Source: Octopus bimaculoides
Taxonomy: Eukaryota
Length of the DNA: 41,392 nt
Reading direction: 5' to 3'
NCBI RefSeq assembly: GCF_001194135.2
Contig: NC_068994.1
Location: forward strand, 56,741,623 to 56,783,014
Shown here: piece by piece, positions 35,101-41,392 of the stretch
Numbering within the stretch: the stretch's first letter is position 1
Layout of the letters: every line of letters begins with the position of its first letter
Notes under the pieces: generated by a model
Told to the model about the DNA's origin: nothing
The model's database searches: none
Seen by the model: only the letters and a program-made list of their open reading frames with translations
Position numbers and translations under genes: made by a program

Positions 35101-35118
35101 GTTATTATTATTATTATT
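35035..35118. repeat. (ATT)n microsatellite abutting the 5' truncation point of the Dong-like copy
   Basis: Direct tandem ATT with one GTT variant. Confidence 0.97.
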
Positions 35119-35624
35119 TCCCACCCCAAAGTAGAAGCATTCTGCAGTAAACCGCATACATACAATTAACTGAAGGCTGTTAATTGCCTGGAAAATTCGG
35201 CACATTTTCAAGGCATGGTTCAACATAGAAGAACAGAATATCCTAATTAGACAACAAATACTTGTATGACAAAACGGGTAGAAACAGGGTGGTATTTGCA
35301 AGACTCAACGAGCAATTAAACCATGTGTTCCTTATATATTGAGACAATAAACGTAGTTAATAGCTCGTATCTGCTAACATAGTATTCATATATAAACCAC
35401 CCGCTTTCGCTCCTGGACACGGTGCGACATGTCGGGTAAATAAACACGTGTTAAATTCATATGCACCCAGAAACCGTCATAACCCATCTATGCTTTTAAA
35501 CAGATATTCAGATGCCTATAAATGTCTGTTCTTTTTTCTCGTTTTCTCTGCATGTCTGTTCCCACACTCTGTGTGTATGTATGTATGTATATATGTATGT
35601 ATGTTTGTATGTATGTGCGTGCGT

Positions 35625-35791
35625 AGACGCAGAAGTGGCTGTGTGGTAAGAAGCTTGCTTCCCAACCACATGGTTCTGGGTTCAGTCTCACTGCGTGGCG
35701 CCTTGGGCAAGTGTCTTCTACTATAGCTTCGAGTCAACCAAAGCCTTGTGAGTGGATTTGTTAGAGGGAAACTGAAACAAGCCCGTCGTAT

Positions 35792-35831
<40 letters not shown>

Positions 35832-36028
35832 TTATATATATGTCTATGTTTGTGTGTCTGTGCTTGTCACCTCCACGTCCCCGTAACTTAGTGGTTCGGC
35901 AAAAAGACCAATAGAATAAGTATTAGGCTTTCAAAGAATAAGTCCTGGGGCCGATTTGTTCGGCTAAAGGCGGTGCTCCAGTATGGCCGCAGTGAAATGA
36001 CTGAAACAAGTGAAAGAAGAAAAGAATA
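35625..36028 (+). mobile_element. Near-complete tRNA-headed CORE-like SINE with internal (CA)/(TA) microsatellite
   Basis: Head gtggctgtgtggtaagaagcttgcttcccaaccacatggttctgggttcagtc; ccttgggcaagtgtcttc resembles the start of the CORE domain; 3' ggcggtgctccagtatggccgcagtgaaatgactgaaacaag. Confidence 0.9.
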
Positions 36029-36050
36029 TATATCTCTGTGTAATATATAC

Positions 36051-36105
<55 letters not shown>

Positions 36106-37859
36106 CATGTATATGTTGGTATATATAAACATGTACCTACATGAACATCTATATAGACAGAGAAGTGTTGTGTATATGTGTATTATACATATTCGCACAT
36201 GCATTTATATATTTATGATAATGAAATCAAAACGGAATGGCAAGCTAACCAAGAAAACGTCTATGTGTGCGCACGTGTACACATACACACATACAGAGAG
36301 TATGCATATATACATTTATATATATACATATATATGTGCGTGTGTATAGATATGCATGTATATACCTATACATATATATGTGTGTATTTGTGTGTGTTTG
36401 AGTGATTATGCACATACGTTTATGCGTGTATATTTGTGTGTGTGTATTTATGCGTGTTTTGTTCGTGCTGGAGTTGTGAAGAAAACGCAAACGCTGGCAA
36501 GATGGACGCCATTTTGGAATCTGTTTATCTGCCTATATTAGCAAGAAGCTAATAAGATTTCAGATTCCTGCATTGGATGTGGAATGAAGGATTGGAAGGA
36601 TAAAGGAATGAACGAAATAAAGAACGAAGAAGACAATACCAAAGTTGAAAGATGGTTTTGTACTTTTGTAAACAAAGATATGGCTTCTTCCACGTAAGAA
36701 GTCCCCGAAGGAGGAGGACGTGGGGGAAGGGTTGGAGCATGCGTGGTTGGAGGTGGGCGAACATTTTTAGACGACGATACAATATCATCAAAGTATTTTC
36801 TCACTTCGCTTCAGAACCGCCGAACATCCTTTCGCACACTCAAACAGCCTAATGTGTTTTCTTAACCAATAAACGGCCATTAGAGTTGATATTATGAAGT
36901 AGAATGTTGTTAATTTACTCAAGTTAGGGGCAGGCAATGCTGCTGTCCCCACTAACTTGTTTTCGTATATTCTGTTCTTTGTTTAGTTTCATTGTCAGAA
37001 TAAATCGTTGTCCTCCACCATCACCGCTATACGCACGCAGAAGCGCACTCACAGTTGCATGGATACTCGCTCAGCCACGCACAAATACATTATATACACT
37101 CATGCAGGCGAATTACTAAAGCTCTGTGCCATATCTTATCTCGGGAGACACGCTGAAATATTCACTGCTGCCTTTCTTTCTCAAACGTTGTTTTACTATG
37201 TAATTACATACAAGTCATTTTTGGAAATACTAAGAAAATATTTTTGTCTCGCGAGACACCACTTATTATCTATTATCTCCAACGCTGAGACAAATCTTCG
37301 AGATGACCATGTGCCTTCCTCGAGCGAGGAATGTTTAATTAAATGATAGAGGTTGATGTCATTAGAACAAGATGTACCGTAGGGATTTCTCAAAATAACA
37401 CTTTCGATGCACCCCCTGCCGACACTGAAAGATAATGCAGCCATTTTCTTGCTAAGCGATTCCTTCGTTCACCTTTTCTGTTCCCAATTATTCTAACTGT
37501 AATGCTATCAAGTGAAACAATGTCTTGGACATGTCTCGTCTATCTTCACCGACATTTTTTCATTTTGTTGGAATCTGGATAAAATGAATACCTGTCATAC
37601 CTAGGGTTCAATTCAGTCGGTTTCCACCAACCGTACTGAATATTTGTTAGATGTTAATGTGTGAGTGAGTGTGAGAGTGCGTGAGCGAGTGAGTGAGTGA
37701 GTGAGTGAGTGAATGAGTGAGAGAGAAAGAGAAAGAGAGACAGACAGACAAAGCTTGTATGTGGTTATTCAAGATGCTAGAAATAACAACCGAGTGCTGC
37801 CTTAAACGTAGAGAATGTATTAATCGATGTAGTTTAAGACTGAAAAGTCATACTTTGAA

Positions 37860-38025
37860 TGTCTCTCATCATCATTCATCATCATCGTCGTCATCATCAT
37901 CATTATCATCATCAGTTCATCCTCCCACCTCCCCTTTCTTCTCCTCCTCCTATTCCTTCTCTTCTTCCCATTCCTTCTCCACCTCTCCTTCCTTATCCCC
38001 CTCCTCCTCATCATCATCTTCATCA
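37860..38025. repeat. (CAT)n and pyrimidine-rich (CCT/TTC) low-complexity tract
   Basis: Direct low-complexity triplets. Confidence 0.85.
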
Positions 38026-39080
38026 GTACCATCGGCTCTCAACAAATCCCTTAACACAAATGAGTTTAGTGACGAATGTGTGACTTTAGCGTTCCCACCG
38101 AAGACAGGGCTGGACATTTTGTGATTGTATCGAACGCCCTTTAGAATAAGTGAAGTTGTAACAGAACAGAAGTGACACTGTCTGACTAAACCAGCGATAG
38201 ATATCACCAACACATCAGAGGAATTCTCAGCAACCTTTTCTAAGTATATCACAGAATCTTTGCTCACTTTCTCGTCAAAGTATTTATGGAGTCAGCAATC
38301 CATAAGAAATTTTATGGCATAAACTCGAGAACAGATGCACGTGCAGCAGACAATGTAGAGTCTTAACAATGCACAGTACGACCGGTCTCCTCATTAATCC
38401 TCATTAATCTTCTATATTTGAGAAAATTAACTGTACCATTATGTTCATTACGTCACGTTATTTAAAAGAATTGACTCATCAGACAAGACCGGTCCAGCAG
38501 GAACGATATTGAACAGGCACACTATCAAAATGGAAATCTAAAAATGCTTAAAGGAATGACATACTAGTCATCAGAGAGTGAGAAATATAGATTGATCAAA
38601 TTTAGGAATTCCACGATATATTGAACTGCAAGCTGATTCTAAACAATAGTTTAGCAATCTTGGTGTTACCATTTCCTACAATCTAGCGAAAGGTATCCAG
38701 AAATATTTTCTAGAGATCCCCGTAAAGTGTTGCAGATAAACTGGGATACAAACAGAAGTGATAGTGGTGGTTTCCTGAGGTGAAGTGTCTAATTAAATGA
38801 CAAAAGTCGATGTCATTATAACAAGAGGTACTGTATTGACTGTTAGACAGAATTCCAGTGCGTTTTAGATAAACATTTATATCTTATCCTCAACAATCTT
38901 AATTCAATTGGAAAGAAATTTGCTGTCGTTGAATATTTTAGAGAATCAGCAGTTGTCACTGTTATTGCTGTTGTATAGTTGAAGATCTGAGCAGATTATA
39001 CAAACCTAAATAAAATTTGATTAAACGTGCCCCTATTCTGTTTATTCCCTCTAATTTCTTTTTTTTAAAATATGGTGTCA

Positions 39081-39312
39081 CATTGGCAGAAACGTTAGCA
39101 CGCCGGGTGAAATGCTTAGCGGTATTTCGTCTGCCGCTACGTTCTGAGTTCAAATTTCGCCGAGGTTGACTTTGCTTTTCATCCTTTCGGCGTCGATTAA
39201 ATAAGTACCAGTTACGCACAGGGGTCGATGTAATCGACTTAATCCACTTGTCTGTCCTTGTTTGTCTCCTCTATGTTTAACCCCCTTTGGGCAATAAAGA
39301 AATTTTAATAAA
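39081..39312 (+). mobile_element. Complete tRNA-derived SINE (Meta-like domain) with 14-bp target-site duplication
   Basis: TSD aaaatatggtgtca at 39067-39080 and 39313-39326; tRNA-like head, central gttgactttgcttttcatcctttcggcgtcgattaaataagtaccag, A-rich tail. Confidence 0.92.
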
Positions 39313-41082
39313 AAAATATGGTGTCAGCAGAACTATATTATCCTCGATACACACGAATTGTTCATTTTTCTGATGTATGTATTTTGAGAGAAATTTAGCA
39401 GCTGTTTTAGCCGGTCAAGTGACTGCTTAGAGGTTCTCTCGTTGCCACAAGCCAAAGAGCCATCAGAAGTTTATATAATAAGAAATATGTTGCTGCAACA
39501 ATAGCGTAGACAAACTATAAACTATCACATCTCAAAGCTATCTTGTACAACCCTCCATCATATTTCATACAAGGTCATTCCTGTATAACGTCCAGTACTT
39601 TCATAGCTGCATATTCATTCACTAATTTTCTTATTATGAACAACATTAAATATAGATAGAAGCTTTCCGCATTCAACCGCCAGATTTATGAAACAATCTT
39701 TCGGAAGCAGAAATTTGCAATTATCTCAGACAATAGAATCCAATTTTTCAAGTGTTGAGTACCTCAGTGTCTGCTGCCACTCTTCTTCCTCTGACTTGCA
39801 GTGAAGCATAGACAGTTCTGTTCGACTTCACTTCATCATTCCAATGTCTGACGATGCTATTGTTCACAAATATATGTGTTATATCTTAATAAATACCTGT
39901 CTCTCTTAGCGACATGCTTGTATCTAAGTATCTTTCATTTGTCATCCTCCTACCTTCTATGTCTTTCCACCTCTCCCCTTTCCCACCACACACGCACACA
40001 CACACACTCACAATCGTTTCTCACTTATGGGGTGCATAGCATTTCGACAAATATTCACCAAACACTAATTTTGTGCTAATTTTCTTTCTTACTCTTCACA
40101 ATATCCATCATCCACCTTCTGCAGCATCATTCTCATCCATATTTCTTAAACTTGGCCCCTCCCTTACTTTTCTGCCACCTGCCGTCCAACCGGCTCCTTC
40201 CTTCAACAAGACATCCGTCACATCCGTAGACACGCCCGATAATATTTCCATCACGATAATCCCATAAAGTTATTAACTGGTGTCACATTAACCAACGCTC
40301 TTGTTCTCTCGTTGGTCACATGATCTTGTCACCTAACTCATAGTATTACACGGAAGGTTAGTTTTCAAAAATGAAGAAACCAGCGTTAAATATGCTACTG
40401 CACTAATGTCGATCTTAATAAAGCAATACCATTCTTATCAAGGACGCTCCCTCACCACACACACATGCACGCACACACACACGCTCACACACATTCCGGC
40501 AGTGTTAGCGGATTATTTTCTCCCGCTAGTGATGCAAAGACGAGTGCTTATATGCACCAAAAGTCCATATAGAAAGGCTCTCTCACGGTGAATAACGCAG
40601 TATTCGTATTCTAACACAACTTTCACTTTTAAACGGAAATAAATATTACGTACCGTTCGGTATTAGTACTGTTTGTGTCATTATTAATTAATTATATATA
40701 NNNNNNNNNNNNNNNNNNNNNNNNNNNNNNNNNNNNNNNNNNNNNNNNNNNNNNNNNNNNNNNNNNNNNNNNNNNNNNNNNNNNNNNNNNNNNNNNNNNN
40801 NNNNNNNNNNNNNNNNNNNNNNNNNNNNNNNTATATATACACAGAGAGAGGGGGGGAGCAGTCGAAATGACCAAACCACAAGTTTTCCCTTAAACACAAA
40901 ATGATATCTTCATATGTATTTAAATGAATTTTATATATATATACGTATGTATATGTATGTATGTATGTATGTACATACACATACGCACACATATATATCC
41001 ACATCTGTGTGTGTGTTTGTGTGTAAATATGTACATACTTACATACATTGTATATACATGGATACATGTTATTTATATATAA

Positions 41083-41392
41083 TCCTGGAAGGGCGAATGG
41101 CACCGCGAGTGTCGCGCTGCTCTTCGGCAACTCCAACAACCCGGGTCAACCTTGAGCGACTGCATCACAACTAACGCATTCTATAGTGAATTAGTGGAGG
41201 GAAGGTACGACGACGATCTCGGGGCGAACCTGGGCGTCGACGAGGAATACCTGACCCGCCTGTTTAAGACGACCTTCGGGCCGGGACCTATGGACAACTT
41301 CCAGAGATCCCTGGCCTGGCAGTGCTATCGAGAAGCACTACCCGTTCGGGATAAGCTCTACAGGCATGGCTCGAGAAACACGGGGCCGACCT
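41083..41392 (+). mobile_element. L1/Tx1-clade LINE ORF2 C-terminal (zf-RVT region) fragment, 5'-truncated, continuing beyond the window
   Basis: Stop-free frame without ATG: SWKGEWHRECRAALRQLQQPGSTLSDCITTNAFYSELVEGRYDDDLGANLGVDEEYLTRLFKTTFGPGPMDNFQRSLAWQCYREALPVRDKLYRHGSRNTGPT. The LAW..Y..ALP.RD.L..HG motif precedes the zinc knuckle of L1/Tx1 ORF2; abrupt GC increase. Confidence 0.85.

Noticed and set aside
37950-38267. 105-aa ORF with an acidic tail and VAENSS (cadherin-like?)
   Set aside because: No DxD, LDRE or DxNDN cadherin motifs; the acidic tail is the antisense of a CAT/CCT low-complexity tract

Overview
Repeat-saturated, AT-rich eukaryotic window, either intergenic or intronic. 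The SINE, LINE and Penelope families and the microsatellite density point to an octopod cephalopod (Octopus-like) draft scaffold; this is an inference from family resemblance, not a database match. Eleven N-gaps cover about 3.8 kb, most next to (TA)n tracts. No host protein-coding exon can be identified with confidence, and most ORFs in the supplied track are microsatellite or N-gap artefacts. Supported content: many tRNA-derived SINE copies of at least three types; decayed non-LTR fragments (CR1/L2-type RT, RTE 3' end, two R4/Dong-type 3' ends, an L1/Tx1-type C-terminal piece running off the right edge); two Penelope-like relics (a GIY-YIG remnant and a pLTR-like piece with a type I hammerhead ribozyme); a Tigger/pogo-like MITE; a 284-bp foldback element with a telomere-like core; and 35-, 30- and 23-bp minisatellites. 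The oddest feature is an isolated 41-nt piece of 28S rRNA covering the R2/I-PpoI insertion hotspot. It has a hairpin cluster upstream and an A8 run downstream, and lies inside an unexplained ~1.3-kb segment. I see no evidence for a multi-gene novel system; the interesting signals are RNA-level and mobile-element-level.
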